DNA of 61,499 nt, filler included, from Platydemus manokwari (Eukaryota), in NCBI GenBank assembly GCA_037951405.1. It is 6 parts of 6 records of this genome, joined end to end, with 100 filler letters (N's around TTAATTAATTAA, not from the genome) between each part and the next. Parts side by side here need not be neighbours in the genome. Positions count along the whole stretch, not along the records: positions 28,962 to 40,632 come from JBBMOY010535552.1; positions 40,733 to 49,496 come from JBBMOY011353649.1; 4 more parts are not named here. One strand, given 5' to 3'. The translations under genes and the position numbers were made by a program. This document shows positions 32,001-45,149 of this stretch, in pieces; position 1 is the first letter of the stretch, and every line of letters begins with the position of its first letter. The notes below the pieces were generated by a model. It did no database searches. It was given only the letters and a program-made list of their open reading frames with translations, and was not told the origin of the DNA.

Positions 32001-35000
32001 GTTGAGGACGATCTTCGAGTGGACTTTGGTTTTGAGATAAATGAAATCATCACTGAAACACGAAATCTTGAATTGTTAGGATATAAAGTGCCTGAACTAG
32101 CAAGAAATGTTGCATTACAAGATGAATATTACAACAAAATCGTTGAAGGTCTGAACAGAATGATCGATAATTATCACCGTGTCATGAAAAGTCTCGAACC
32201 GATTGAAATAAAGATCCTTAATGATGAAATCAAAGAAATCAAACGAACCATTCGACCGGGTTTGAGACGATTGAACTGGAATAGTTTGGGTATCAGTGAC
32301 TATATCGAAAAATGCAATCTGCTATTGAACAGTTTCGAATCGAAAGTGACGACGATTCATAAAGTAACTTGGGACATAGAAGAAAAGCTGAGAGATATTG
32401 ACAATGCTAAATTGTTTAATATGCCTACAGGAAATAAATATTTGAAATGCAAAGTGATTTTTTCATTTTAATGATTTATCATGTCTGAGATGTTGGTATC
32501 AGGAATTTTTCGCTTTCATGGAAGCCGAAAGAACCAGTGATTTTGAACATTTAGGACGAAAATATTCGTCAATCGGTCCTCTGATAACGAAATTGCAAGG
32601 GGAAATTGTTGGTGACAAAGATATCGATCCTACGGAAAAGTTTCAGCCTTTCTATGAATTTTGGGAAAAACGAATTTTCAATAGAGTCTATAACGTAATT
32701 GATTTTGAAATATGCTTATTTTAATTGTATCTTTCTTTATTATTTTGAAGATTTTGATAAGAAAATATAATTGGAAAATATGTGGCATAATTTCATCGAA
32801 TTGTTTCTTTATAGATGGTTTTGAGAAATTTACAACAATATCAAAATGTTTTACGTGATGAAAACTATGCCTCGTGTTTGTTTGAAGTCGATTTGATGCT
32901 GGCTGGTACTGATGTGATTGGAAATCCTCAGACGACGGAAATATATAAATTAGCTATCCAAGATTTACGCGATGCCGTCGAAGCCACTCGGGTCTTTATA
33001 AGATGGAAGCGAAATTCTTGCATTCAAACCACCGGTATGAAAATCGAGGGTCAAGATGAATTATTTTATTTCACATTTTATCTCGACATTGGCAATAGTG
33101 TTGAAATAACTTATATTTGCGAACAGATCGCCATTTATTATAGAAATATTATCACCAAGTTACGAAAATATCAAGACAAATGGAAGAAACACAAACGAAC
33201 TTTCATTCCAAATAAAGTAAGGCATTGGTTTCAGAATTGGATAAGATAATTTTCTCAATTTTTTCAGCAAGCACAAATCGATAAATGGTTGGCCAAAGAT
33301 CCTGTCGTTATGGATTTTTATGATCGCATACGTGAAACGATGGAAAGAAGACAAGAACTAATTTGTCAGCCCGAATTCAAGAAAATCGGATTTATCTCTT
33401 TAAATTTAAAAACCCTTCTATCGCACGTTGGAGACCATTTTACAAAATGGAAAGATCTCTACTGTAACAGTTTATTTGAAACGGCTAAAACCAATTTAGC
33501 TGCCGTCAAAAGCGATATTGATGTATATATGATTCTATAATAATATAAATATTTATCATTGGTATATTGTGGTTTTATTAGGCTCAATTTCAAGATCTAG
33601 CTTTGATTCCCAGTAATCTTGAAGAACTAAAATCATTATTATTCACAATTCAAAATATTCAATTGTCTTCTCTTTATTATGAAAGCAGAATAATTGATGT
33701 CCAAGAACGATTTCGAGTATTACAACTGTCAAATTACGTTTTCGACAATGATGAGCTCAATGAATCCAACAAATTACGACAAGCTTTCGATGCGTTAACA
33801 TTCGAATCGAAAAATGTCAACTATCGTTTAACACCGGTGAAAAATAAATTCACTGAAATCACCAAGGCAGAAATCGATGATTTCGGTGTGAAACTGAATA
33901 TTTTCGCTGAGAAATTCAAAGAAGAAGGCCCGGTTTCGGTTGGAAGAGATTTAGATTTAGGTTTGATGAAGTTGAAAGTGAGTCGATTCGGTTTTTCAGT
34001 GGTAAAGAAAAACATTAGATATCTTCTTGATTAGAAATTCCACGAGGAATTAGCCGACATTGAACATAAACGACAAGAGCTCAGTGCAGCGGAACAGTTG
34101 TTCAATTTACCAATCACTCCTTATCCGGAATTGTTCAACGTACAGAAAGAAATGAAAAATCTGGATCTCATCTATGAAATTTATGATGCACAAAAGGTTT
34201 TGTTTGATTTTCATTGATTTACGACAATATTATTATTCGATAAAATATTCCACAGAAAACCCGTGAAAATTGGGCGGAAACATTGTGGAAAAATCTTGAT
34301 ATCAAAGTACTTGATGATGGAATTGAAGGATTTATGAAAGAATGGCGAAAGATGCCAAGAGAAGTTAAATCCATGGTAACAGCTAGAAATTTGGCAGATA
34401 AAATGAAAGAATTCAAAGATTCGTTGCCATTGTTTAGTGATTTGAAGCATGAAGCATTACGTGAAAGGTATGCATAGCAATTGTACATTCATTCGATGTT
34501 GATTGTTCGGTAAAACTTCGCACTAATCAGTTTCATGAGGCATTTTTAGTTGTAATTGGTCATGCGAAATATTTATTATTATATCATTATCAGTAATCAC
34601 ATAATATAATTTTTATTAAAAAAAGATTGATCCCAAAGCCCGTTATTATGAAATATACTTACTGAAACCACTCATCTGACCCAGAACTGTTTATCACAAG
34701 AGAGTTTTCTCAACTTAATCCTCATTTATAGTTTATAAGTCATTATATATAATCGAATCAAATGATCCAATATTAACTATGAATTTTATTAAATTACCTT
34801 ATCCAATTAAATTAAAGATAAATTTAGAAAATCAATATCATAACATTATTGAGTTCAAACGATAATAAATCAAGTTCAGATAAAACTATTGACAAACACA
34901 TGAGTCTTAATATTGAATAATCGCAAAAAGCTAAATATTTTAAACTTTTAGCATTATATCTAAAAACTTAGTTCTATAAAATTTATAATTTTATATCTTT

Positions 35001-38000
35001 CATCAATAAATAGACATTGGAAAGAATTGATGACGAAAACTGGTCAAAATTTCGATATCAATCCCGATACATTTACATTGGCCAGTGTATTTGCAATGGA
35101 ACTTCATCGATTCCAAGATGTTATTGCTGAGATCGTCACGTCAGCGTCTAAAGAATTGGGCATTGAAAAGGTATTATGAAAATGGTTCTCCTTTGTAAAA
35201 TAAATATTCCAATCCAATCAAATTAGGGTGTCAAAGAAGTTGAAGAAACTTGGATGTCGCTAAAATTTTCCGTACAGCCATACTTGAAAGGTGGAAAAGA
35301 AAGAGGTTATATATTGGGCACACTGGATGAAGTTCTTCAAATTCTTGATGATAATGCCATGAATTTACAATCGATGAGCGCCAGCAGATTCATCGGGCCG
35401 TTTTTGATGGCCGTTCAGAATTGGGAAAAGAATTTGAGTCACATTAGCGAAGTAAAGAATAAATTTTAAAATATATCAGTATTGGTTAATCGAATTTTAG
35501 GTGCTAGATGTGTGGATGGTTGTTCAACGGAAATGGATGTATCTGGAAGGAATATTCATTGGTGGTGATATCAGATCACAATTACCGGAAGAAGCAAAGA
35601 AATTCGACTCCATTGATAAGATTTTCAAAAAGGTTTGTCTTTTAATTGATTATTTCTGAATGGTATCCCAGGTGCTAGTCACATTAACGTATTGATTTTA
35701 GTAATGTTGCTCCAATACTAAATAATATTTTGACTATTTATAAAAATATCAACCATTTAACAATGTATTTTTATTTGCTGAAGATTTGTAAAAATGCTGT
35801 GGAACATGAATGGTATTATTTCGTCCGTTCCAGGAAAAGCAGTGATATTAACAGAGTTTACTCTAATATTATCGGAAATTAATTAAAAACCAATAGAAAC
35901 TAGTTCTAACATTTTACTGCGTTATTATGTAAACATAATATGACGAAATATCGTTTTCCCGTCAATTCAGCCAATCAAATTAAACCAAATTTGTTTAAGC
36001 GATATTGAATGTAATAAATTATGAATTATCTAGGTTTTAAAATGAAGATGATTGTAACTGAGTATTTTTCTTTAGCAAGGTGAAATTAATCGATTTCGAT
36101 TGGAGTTATATTTTGTTTAATAATTAGCTTTACATTGTTATCAGATAATAATTAATTATTTATATCAGATAATGACTGAAACTGCCAAACAGCCCATCAT
36201 TAAAATAGCCTGTCAAACTACCAATCGTTTAAGTGACCTGATTAATCTAAGTGAAGGACTTGAAAAATGCCAAAAGTCCTTGAATGATTATTTGGATTCG
36301 AAAAGGAATGCTTTTCCAAGATTCTTTTTCATTTCCGATGATGAATTGCTCAGTATTCTGGGTTCCAGTGATTGTGAATGCGTTCAAGAACATATGATAA
36401 AAGTTTTCGTCTTTATAATCGCAAAAGATAACGATTTCATTTATATCGATTTTTAGATGTTTGACAACATCAGTAGCTTGAGATTCGTTAAAGGCACAAA
36501 TCTGGAGATGTCAGCAACGGCTATGATTTCTAGTGAACAGGAAATTATGGAATTCAGGACTCCAGTATTGATTGAAGGTCGTGTTGAGGAATGGATGACG
36601 AAAGTTGAATCTGAAATGAGACGAACTAATAGACTAATAACCAAAGAATCTGTTTTCTTTTACAGAGAGAACAAAATTAGGTGAATCATTTTGCTTGACC
36701 ACAATCATCAAATTCTAATAATTTAGAAAAACCTTTACTTTGTTTAATGAAATCTTTGAGTATATATTTTAAATTGATGTTATCTTGTTTGTTATAATAT
36801 TTATTGTTTTTTTCAATTCAGAGTTCAGTGGATGTTTGATTACCAAGGAATGGTGGTTTTATGCACAAATCAAATCTGGTGGACATGGGAAGTCGAAGAT
36901 GTTTTTAGGAAAATAAAGATGGGCAAGAAGACAGCACTCAAAGATTATGCCAAGCTTTTACACAGTCAAATCGATGAGATCGTATTCAATGTTCGATCGC
37001 CTTTATCCAAAAATGATAGATCAAAACTCACGACCGTTTTAATTATTGATGTCCATGCCAGAGATATTGTTGATAGTTTCGTTCGAGACAGTATTATGGA
37101 TGCCAAGGAATTTGAATGGGAATCACAATTGCGATTTTATTGGTTGAAAGAGCCTGATGAAATACAAATTCAGCAATGTACTGGTCAATTTGGATATGGA
37201 TATGAGTATATGGGATTAAATGGAAGATTAGTTATAACTCCGTTGACCGATCGAATTTATCTGACATTGACTCAAGCATTGAGTATGTATCTAGGTGGAG
37301 CTCCAGCTGGTCCTGCAGGTACTGGTAAGACTGAAACAACGAAAGATTTGGCAAAAGCATTAGGTTTATTATGTGTCGTGACTAATTGTGGTGAAGGTAT
37401 GGATTATAGATCGATGGGAAAAATTTTCAATGGTCTCTGTCAATGTGGTGCATGGGGATGTTTTGATGAATTCAACAGAATTGAAGTTTCAGTACTTTCA
37501 GTTATCTCTACTCAATTAAAAACCATTCAAAATGGATTGATAATGAAATTAACGAGATTTCATTTTGAAGGTCAAGAGATCAAATTAGACAGCAGAGTGG
37601 GTATTTTTATTACCATGAATCCGGGTTATGCTGGAAGAACTGAATTACCAGAATCGGTCAAAGCACAATTCCGTCCAGTTGTAGTTATAGTACCGGATTT
37701 ACAACAAATTTGTGAAATTATGCTTTTCTCACAAGGATTTTTATCTGCTAAACTATTGGCCAAGAAGATGACCACTTTGTATCGATTATCGAAAGAACAA
37801 CTTTCCAAACAACATCACTACGATTTTGGCCTACGAGCTCTCAAATCTGTTCTTGTTATGGCTGGCGAGTTACGTCGAAACGATCCAGATTTGGGCGAAG
37901 ATAAAGTTTTAATGCGTGCTTTACGAGACATGAACTTGCCGAAGTTCATATTCGAAGATGTTCCTTTGTTTTTGGGTTTGATTCAAGATTTATTTCCGGG

Positions 38001-40441
38001 ATTAGATTGCCCTCGAGTGAGATATCCGGATTTTAATGATGCTGTTGAAGCTTGCCTTGAAGAAAATCAATATATTCTTCTTCCTGATCAAGCTGACAAA
38101 GTCGTCCAATTGTATGAGACAATGAAAACTCGTCACACTACTATGGTAGTTGGTCCGACAGGAGGAGGAAAATCAGTGGTAATCAAAATTTTGTGCAGTT
38201 CTCAAACGAAATTACAACTCGTTACAAAATTAATCCCAATGAATCCTAAAGATAGATCTGTAATAGAATTATATGGTATATTAGATCCAAATACCCGGGA
38301 TTGGACAGATGGGCTTCTTTCTAATATTTTCAGAGATATTAATAAACCAACAGATAAAAATGAAAGACGGTATATCTTGTTTGATGGAGATGTCGATGCT
38401 CTTTGGGTTGAAAATATGAATTCTGTGATGGACGATAACAAATTACTCACTCTAGCTAATGGTGAAAGAATTAGATTACAAAATCATTGTGCATTACTCT
38501 TTGAGGTTGGTGATCTTCAATATGCATCACCAGCCACTGTTTCTCGATGTGGTATGGTTTTCGTTGATCCTAAAAATCTTGGCTATGTTCCATTTTGGCA
38601 ATGCTGGTTAAATAAAAAGGAAAATCAATTCGAAAAGGAAACGTTGGGAAATCTTTTCAAGAAATACATCCCGGCTGCCATCGATAGAGTGATCGAAGGT
38701 ATCATGAATGCACAAGCGGTAGAGAAGTTGAAAACGATAATTCCATTGACAAGTCTCAATTTGGTGACTCAGCTATGCAATATGCTCGATTGTCAATTGA
38801 TTCGCGAAGGAATGAATGGAGAGACCATAGAAGCAATATTTATCCAATCAATTTATTGGTCCATTGGAGGAAGTTTGATAGAAGATTCCCAAATGAAATT
38901 TGATCAATTCATGAAAATGCTCTGTGCTATGCCTCAAGCAAACGATGAAGAAAAACTAGCTAAAGCTGGTGAACTACCGAGCAAGCATCCAACACTGTAT
39001 GATTATTTTTTCGATTGTAAAGAAGATAAACAGGAATGGATACCGTGGGCAAATCTTGTACCGCAATATATTCACAATCACGAGAAAAAATTTTCCGAAA
39101 TTCTTGTTCCAACGATTGATACTGTACGTTTAACTTGGTTGTTATCAGAACAAATTAAAATCCAAAGACCAGTTGTTCTGGTCGGTGAGACCGGTACTTC
39201 AAAAACGGCGGTGGCTCAAACATTCTTGAGAAATACTGATCCCGATAAATATGTTTGTTATTTGATTAACTGTTAGTATTGATAATATTTTTTCTAGATT
39301 TTACTATCGATAAACTTTTCTTCTCGAACAACATCACTGGATGTCCAAAGGAATTTGGAATCAAATGTAGAAAAACGTTCCAAAGACAGTTACGGTCCGC
39401 CGATGGGAAAACGCTTATTAGTATTCATCGATGATATGAATATGCCTCAAGTAGATCAATACGGTACACAACAGCCCATTGCCATGCTGAAATTGATGTT
39501 GGAAAGAAATGGATGCTTTGATCGAGGAAAAGATTTGAACTGGAAGAAAATGCAAGATATTGGATTTTTATCAGCCATGGGTAAACCTGGTGGTGGAAGA
39601 AATGAAGTTGATCCTCGATTTATTTCATTATTTTCGGTTTTCAATGCAACATTCCCTTCGAAAGATTCATTGTTTTCAATATATTCGTCCATATTAGATG
39701 GCCATTGTCAAATGTTCAGTGAGGAGATCAAAAGCATTGTCCCGATCATTACAAAAATGACAATGACAATTTATAAGTATTTTATTAGTGATTATTTTAC
39801 TTGAANNNNNNNNNNNNNNNNNNNNNNNNNNNNNNNNNNNNNNNNNNNNNNNNNNNNNNNNNNNNNNNNNNNNNNNNNNNNNNNNNNNNNNNNNNNNNNN
39901 NNNNNNNNNNNNNNNNNNNNNNNNNNNNNNNNNNNNNNNNNNNNNNNNNNNNNNNNNNNNNNNNNNNNNNNNNNNNNNNNNNNNNNNNNNNNNNNNNNNN
40001 NNNNNNNNNNNNNNNNNNNAGTCAATTAATAATCCAGTTGCCGCCAACACCATCAAAATTCCATTACATTTTCAATCTCAGAGATTTAAGTAGAATCTAC
40101 CAAGGCCTATGTCAGACCACATTAGATAAATTCACGAAAAAAGAACAATTTTTTAGAGTTTGGAGACATGAATTCACCAGAGTTATCATGGACAGATTAA
40201 TAAATGAGGACGATAAAGCATATGTCTATGTAAAAGATTATGAAATCTAGTTAATTGATTTGATATATCTTATCAGAAATCTATTGAAGAACAATTGACC
40301 GAACATGCGAAACCCGAAAAAGATTATGCTATGACGAATCCGATTTTGTTCGGAGATTATAGAAATGCTTTAGAAATCACGGAAGTCAGACTTTATGAGG
40401 ACATTGTTGACTATGAAACAGCCAAGAGACTCTTTCAAGAG
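29071..40441 (+). CDS. DNAH10: Axonemal inner-arm dynein heavy chain 10 (I1/f alpha), partial at both ends (tail, linker, AAA1-AAA3)
   Basis: About 17 exons, starting 29071-29195 then 32002 onward. Motifs VPELARNVALQ, FPRFFFISDDELLSILG, AAA1 GGAPAGPAGTGKTETTKDLAKALGLLCVVTNCGEGMDY (DNAH10-type), GPTGGGKS, GETGTSKT and PTPSKFHYIFNLRDLSR. Confidence 0.93.
29339..29461. mobile_element. 123-bp hAT (Charlie-like) MITE
   Basis: TIRs cacgggtggccaac / gttggccacctctg; imperfect 8-bp flanks tattatag / atatatag; internal gtcgatc repeats and the palindrome gtcgatcgcgatcgac (29355-29370). Confidence 0.75.
29844..31379 (-). CDS. Intronless 7TM receptor, family-B/adhesion/Methuselah-like, with signal peptide and Cys-rich ectodomain
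   Basis: 511-aa ORF from the ATG at 31379. Hydrophobic N-terminus, LPIYG...LFRNKYCAQCN ectodomain motif, seven hydrophobic segments, ECL2 CWF and TM6 KLCSISGLTW. Confidence 0.8.
   Translation of the reverse strand: MIQISKYILVFTVLLSHLTIYRSQQPICWPLTNNRLVSMISTCSNTYINKDIREKCESSYVFHTTIIDYLPIYGPNKRILFRNKYCAQCNNITEYTFVSEITQIKCNKPKKSFHPIKDDVYFSWLLYGHQCELALDSETLQTFGCSLIEKNCGLKSTNRLSTIIGFVKNQSSAHWYKFNDMDCCKRMNGTCTETVTGRTRSFYHAINKILSYFQTKIESNKNDKNDSIKTVNREDVGSEIYWLYILHISLTMITLISSAVLIIVYVIIRAAYPSTSCMIIAIGFNILCYQIVDLLVFYFACPICENLVCQILLIFLKYFHISGLICTSNYISSFWLDINRLISPRSYNYNGRNSKGNVRYLCLSIVVPLILCIGYVICEKYLQTPLHQQLKLQKCWFIKIPPLIVFYIIPSLLILIYTTFVCVRICFHLKARALENNNNNNNNNNQYLIVIKLCSISGLTWIINLIMALFTSPIIIDVGTLLSHFNSFIIILCFLSSKEVKRNMKKLSFNK
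31615..31940. repeat. (AAT)n-rich microsatellite flanking a true scaffold gap (N 31689-31847)
   Basis: Imperfect AAT runs on both sides of a 159-N gap that has no spacer motif. Confidence 0.85.
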
Positions 40442-40557
40442 GTAAAGAAATTTTCTCAATTTCCCCATTGTTTTCCCGATTATTATGCAATTTTTAAATT
40501 TATGAAATGTTCAAAGCTTTAAAGAGCATTTCACAGAATTTTTTTTATCATAATCTA

Positions 40558-40563
40558 TTGTTA

Positions 40564-40632
<69 letters not shown>
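40558..40632. repeat. (ATT)n microsatellite at the end of piece D
   Basis: Nearly perfect ATT run ending at the spacer. Confidence 0.95.
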
Positions 40633-40732
40633 NNNNNNNNNNNNNNNNNNNNNNNNNNNNNNNNNNNNNNNNNNNNTTAATTAATTAANNNNNNNNNNNN
40701 NNNNNNNNNNNNNNNNNNNNNNNNNNNNNNNN
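40633..40732. other. Artificial 100-nt join spacer
   Basis: 44 N + TTAATTAATTAA (40677-40688) + 44 N. Confidence 0.97.
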
Positions 40733-40984
40733 TATTATAGATGTGTTTCCAGATAATGGTAGATTAACAATTTGAGACTTCTATGATCCTGTAAACATGT
40801 CATGTGGATGGATTTATGTCAATTCTTTAAATCTTTTGTTCTTTAGACATGTCAAATTGTGTACTTATTATAAGCTATTATGTACCTCCAGAAACTGGAA
40901 TCATATTGAAACCACTCTTGGGTTTGGTACTATGATATTGGTTCCTAGAGACCTTTTTAATAAAAGATTTATTTCATTTTGTTT

Positions 40985-41190
40985 CGCAACCATAATATTT
41001 TTGGCTATTCAATAAACTCAAAGAACCGCTTCCGGAAAACGGTTTTTTATGATGCAAAGACAAAAGCAATATCAGAAGTGTGATTGCCATTCATGAAACT
41101 GACTTTCACAAACATTTCATGAATTGGAAAAAATATTCATTTTATCGGTCATGTGCAAATCCGGCAGTTTATATGGAGGAACTCCCAAAA
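40985..41190 (+). mobile_element. Mariner transposase C-terminal relic
   Basis: YFWLFNKLKEPL...AIHETDFHKHFMNWKK...CA...YMEE resembles the mariner end DF.LF..LK..L.G.RF ... W..RW.KC.....YFE; frameshifted. Confidence 0.6.
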
Positions 41191-43329
41191 TATAAGCACG
41201 CTTATATAAGTATAAAGCAGGTTTTTGTTAAAATCCGTCTAGTTTTGCAAATGTCACCAAATTAACAAACATTATTTCATTGTTTTGTCACCACCGGAGA
41301 ATGCGAAGAAGTAATAGTTTCACATATTACGAAATAATTTCCTTGATATTTCTTTGTATTCAAGGCCAATGATTTCGGGTTTTATATAAAAGCCATCTTA
41401 CCGATAAAATAAAAGTCGCTGAGTAATTATTGATCTAAGGAAATATAGATTTTAAAATATGTTTAACTTAAGTTTTGAAGCGCAAAATTTGAATATGCAT
41501 CTCTTGCCCATACACCTGTGTTGAAGTTTCTAACTTGGATTTGCTATCTGAATCACAGGATGAGAGCGAATGTGCACTTCAGCAACTATTTTTTGCAGTA
41601 ACAACTAGCTCCTCTTTGTGAACTTGATGATGTTCCATGACACAGAGAGCCAAGGCACTCAAATAACGCAAAGTTTACAATTTCATTGTTAATATAGAAT
41701 AGGAATCCTCTTTAATCGAAATGGCAATAATCTGTTCAATACTCATCAATAAAATCCTATATACAAGATGTGTAACAATTGGATATCAATAAGTATCAAT
41801 ATTTATACTAATCTGGTGAATTTTGCCTTAAGTATCTCATATACGATATTAATATCAAGAGGCTCTAAGTCCCGAGTTTAAAATCTGTATTCTGCGGACA
41901 CAATCAGTCAGATATGATAGTTGAAAACAAGAAAATGAAATATGAATTTAAAATTAAAACGCATTATATTATTTCTCGTTCTGCTGATATGAAAATGTGG
42001 CTGTATGAGAGCTGGTTATTTCTTTCTCAACAAGATTGATTGGCTTTAGTTGTTGTGGAAACTGTCTAAATGCAATCCACAAAATTTTAAAACATAACAA
42101 TTTCTGTTAGCAATTTGAGGATTATTATTATGCTAGAATTAAATTATTATATCAATATGATCATTTCTTTATTCATATTTCAGGCTGGACAATAAAGTTC
42201 TCGTCTGTGAGGACTTATAATAATTGGAAATTTTAATAATTTTAAGTCAGATTTTTATGAAATTTTAATTTGCTTGAATTATTGTAGTTAAATATAATTA
42301 GGTGTGGTGAATTTTCAGTAGTAGTGGTTTATATTGTTCTTGAATGAAAGTCGGTTATCCTTTGATTTTAAATATTTTTAATGCAAAAATATTCCAGGGT
42401 AGACAGTCTAAAGTAAAACAATTTATGCAATAAATGAGAAATATTTCATATAAATACAAAATGATTAGATTTTCTGCCATACTTTGCATCAGAAATTTTA
42501 TCTTTTTAGAAGTTCAACCGTAGTTAGCAGGCATTATTGAAATCTTCTTCCTCTGATTACAGTTCCTCGTCACTCACTTTTTTGAGGGACGACATCAAAG
42601 TGTGCACTAAGAAATACTTTTAGTGACTCGTTGCATCTTATAGTCTTATGGACTCTTATAAATCATTCAATAAGTCCCTCCAGATTTCCGCTACTCAAAG
42701 TTGAAAAGAAATTCCTACTTCCCTAAGCATTAATACCCAGAATCCTTTGGATTTATCCCTTTAATTAAATTTCTAGTTAGCTCTTATATAATGTAAAGAG
42801 GTAATAAGCATATAATAAACTTAATAAACATAAACAAAGTATTATCCACGGAATTGATAAAAACAACTGAAACCAAAAAACCTATCACTTTAAAATTGCC
42901 ACAGATATTTAGATTTTTGAATTTATCGCCGTTATTCTTGATTTCATATAGAGATTTCGTGGTGGTATGGGTTTTGTTTCATTTGTTAGATGAGCGAAAT
43001 AACGACTTTTATACTGATAATAGAAGAATCTATTAAAAAATGAGTATTCTTCAGCTTGGTATCCATGATTATCACATAAAAGATCATAATCAGCTCTTTT
43101 ATTGATTATAAGTGTTCTTTACATGTCAAATAGTTTAGCAATTGGACCTTGATATACGGAACGTATTCTAATGAAATCGCATAGAATGCTTTAAAGTAGT
43201 TAATGATGACGTAACTTATGGTCCACCATCTATATAATTGTATTTTATGTTTAGAATTAGTGTTATGATTTATTGAATATAAAATTCGGTTTTTGGATAT
43301 CTCCAAATAATTTATATATATATCTTTAG

Positions 43330-44608
43330 TACTGCTCTATCTACTCTGTTGTTGGCATACCGCTCTGATCTATTTATCTTCCTTCCAAATGTAACTTCGG
43401 CCGGACTAACATCAATCGTTTTTTGTACTGTGGCGTTCAACGTATATTCGATTTCTGGTAATATTGAAACCAATTTGTGTGTTGCCTATTCTTCACCGTC
43501 GCATTTATGTAATCTCTTATCGTTCTAAATTGTCGCTCAATCAATCCATTTGTATTGTGGTGATATGGACTAGAATATATTATATCTGTCCCCATTCTAA
43601 AAGCCATCTCTTTGATTCTCTGTGATTCAAAACATTTACCAATATCTACTATGTATTTCTTTAGGTGCACCGTACTCCAAAACCCATTGATCTCGAATCA
43701 CTTTCTCTATTGTTTCCTCATTCTGCTTACTTATTGGTGTAAGTGATATATATCTGCTAAATTGGTCTATGATGCCTAGTATATACTTTTCTCCTCTAAT
43801 CGATTATTTCCATGATCCACAAATATTTTCTCTAATGGTTCGCCGGCTAATAATAATTTCGGTTTCTCTTTCGTTGGACTAGTTCGTTGGCAAAACTTCA
43901 CATTTACTAATAACATCTTTAGTTATCTTTACCAAATCTTTCATGTCGAAATTATTTTTTATATGTCATGTTACTTTTTCAGATCCTGCATGACACAACA
44001 ACTCGAGTATATTCAACTATTTCTTTTCTTGTAATCCATTTTAAATCTTTCTTTTAAATACATTTTCTTTTTTACCCAAATTTTGTGCTCTTTTGTTTTT
44101 ACTATGTCTTCCTCAAGTATGTAATGACCATTTCGAGTTTTTCCAATTCCGTTTTTAATCATTTCTATTTCTTCATTATTTATCTGCCATTCTTTTTTTC
44201 CATTTTCTGTCATTATAGTCAAGATTCTGGTTTTCAATTTTCCTTTGCTTGGATCCTCATGTTTTGTTAAACATTGTGAACAGGTTTCACATGTGTTTCC
44301 TAATAGCATATCGGCATTTCGGTGATTAATACCCTTTCTAAATATCATGTTTATGTCCAAGCTACTTAAATAATTCAGCCATGTCTGAAATTGTGGTGTT
44401 ATTGGATTTTTTGTTTTTAGCATGAACGTGATTGCTTTGTGATCCGTTCTAAGTGCCAATCTCTTACCATACAGATAATGGTTGAAATGTTGACAGAAAT
44501 AATATATCTCCAGTAATTCTTTCCTAGTGATGCAATATCCTTTTTCATGTTTATTCATTGCGTGCGATCCGTATGCGATTACACGTTCATTTCCTTGTTC
44601 ATCAGTTG
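43330..44608 (-). mobile_element. Ty3/Gypsy pol fragment (RNase H + integrase), degenerate
   Basis: ERVIAYGS..YCITRKELL..RTDHKA..ADML; LCHAGS zinc-finger part; IIDQFSRY, VDIGKCFES and SSPYHHNTNGLIERQFRTI. RNase H precedes integrase, the Gypsy order. Confidence 0.92.
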
Positions 44609-44614
44609 ATAATA

Positions 44615-44970
44615 AAAATTTTATCTTTTAAAATTATAAATCGAGTTTGTTAATTACAGACATATTCAATAATATCAATGATTATTTGTTGTTAAATAAT
44701 TGTAAAACTCGAAGTATCTCTCAATTTACTTCTAATGTTAAAAAGGAGTCCTCGCTAATTTTCAGTAATTCGACCTAATTTGATTCCTTTTACAAATAAT
44801 AAGTTTTTAGGATATTTTAAAGCTCTAAAATATTTAATATTTGATTTCAAACAACTAAAACTCTTCTTAAGTACTTAAATCAAAAATTCAAATTTTCAAA
44901 TAATATAATTAACTAAACTAGAGATTTTTGTAATTCACTCAACTAATTAAAAATTTTATTTTATGACTTC
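44615..44970 (+). repeat. Dispersed ~350-bp AT-rich repeat, copy 1
   Basis: Aligns by eye with 55290-55670 (aattataaatcgagtt.gttaattacagacat; cctcgctaattttca; aattcgaccta; tttaatatttgatttcaaa). Confidence 0.85.
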
Positions 44971-45149
44971 CGTAAATTTAACCTTTTATTTTGAATAATA
45001 AATATTACACAATAGTCTGAATGAATATTTCTAACAAATCTCAAAATTTAAATGAAATAACTACCACCAACATGGACTTGGGCCGGAAAAATTCAGGCGA
45101 ACTAATGATTTTGAACAATTTATTAAAAGTAATAGATTTTTCGATAATA

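Noticed and set aside
33160-39692. Minus-strand ORFs overlapping DNAH10, and similar shadows over TTBK, the GPCR and the SANTA gene
   Set aside because: Antisense or alternate-frame shadows of real exons, with no motifs.
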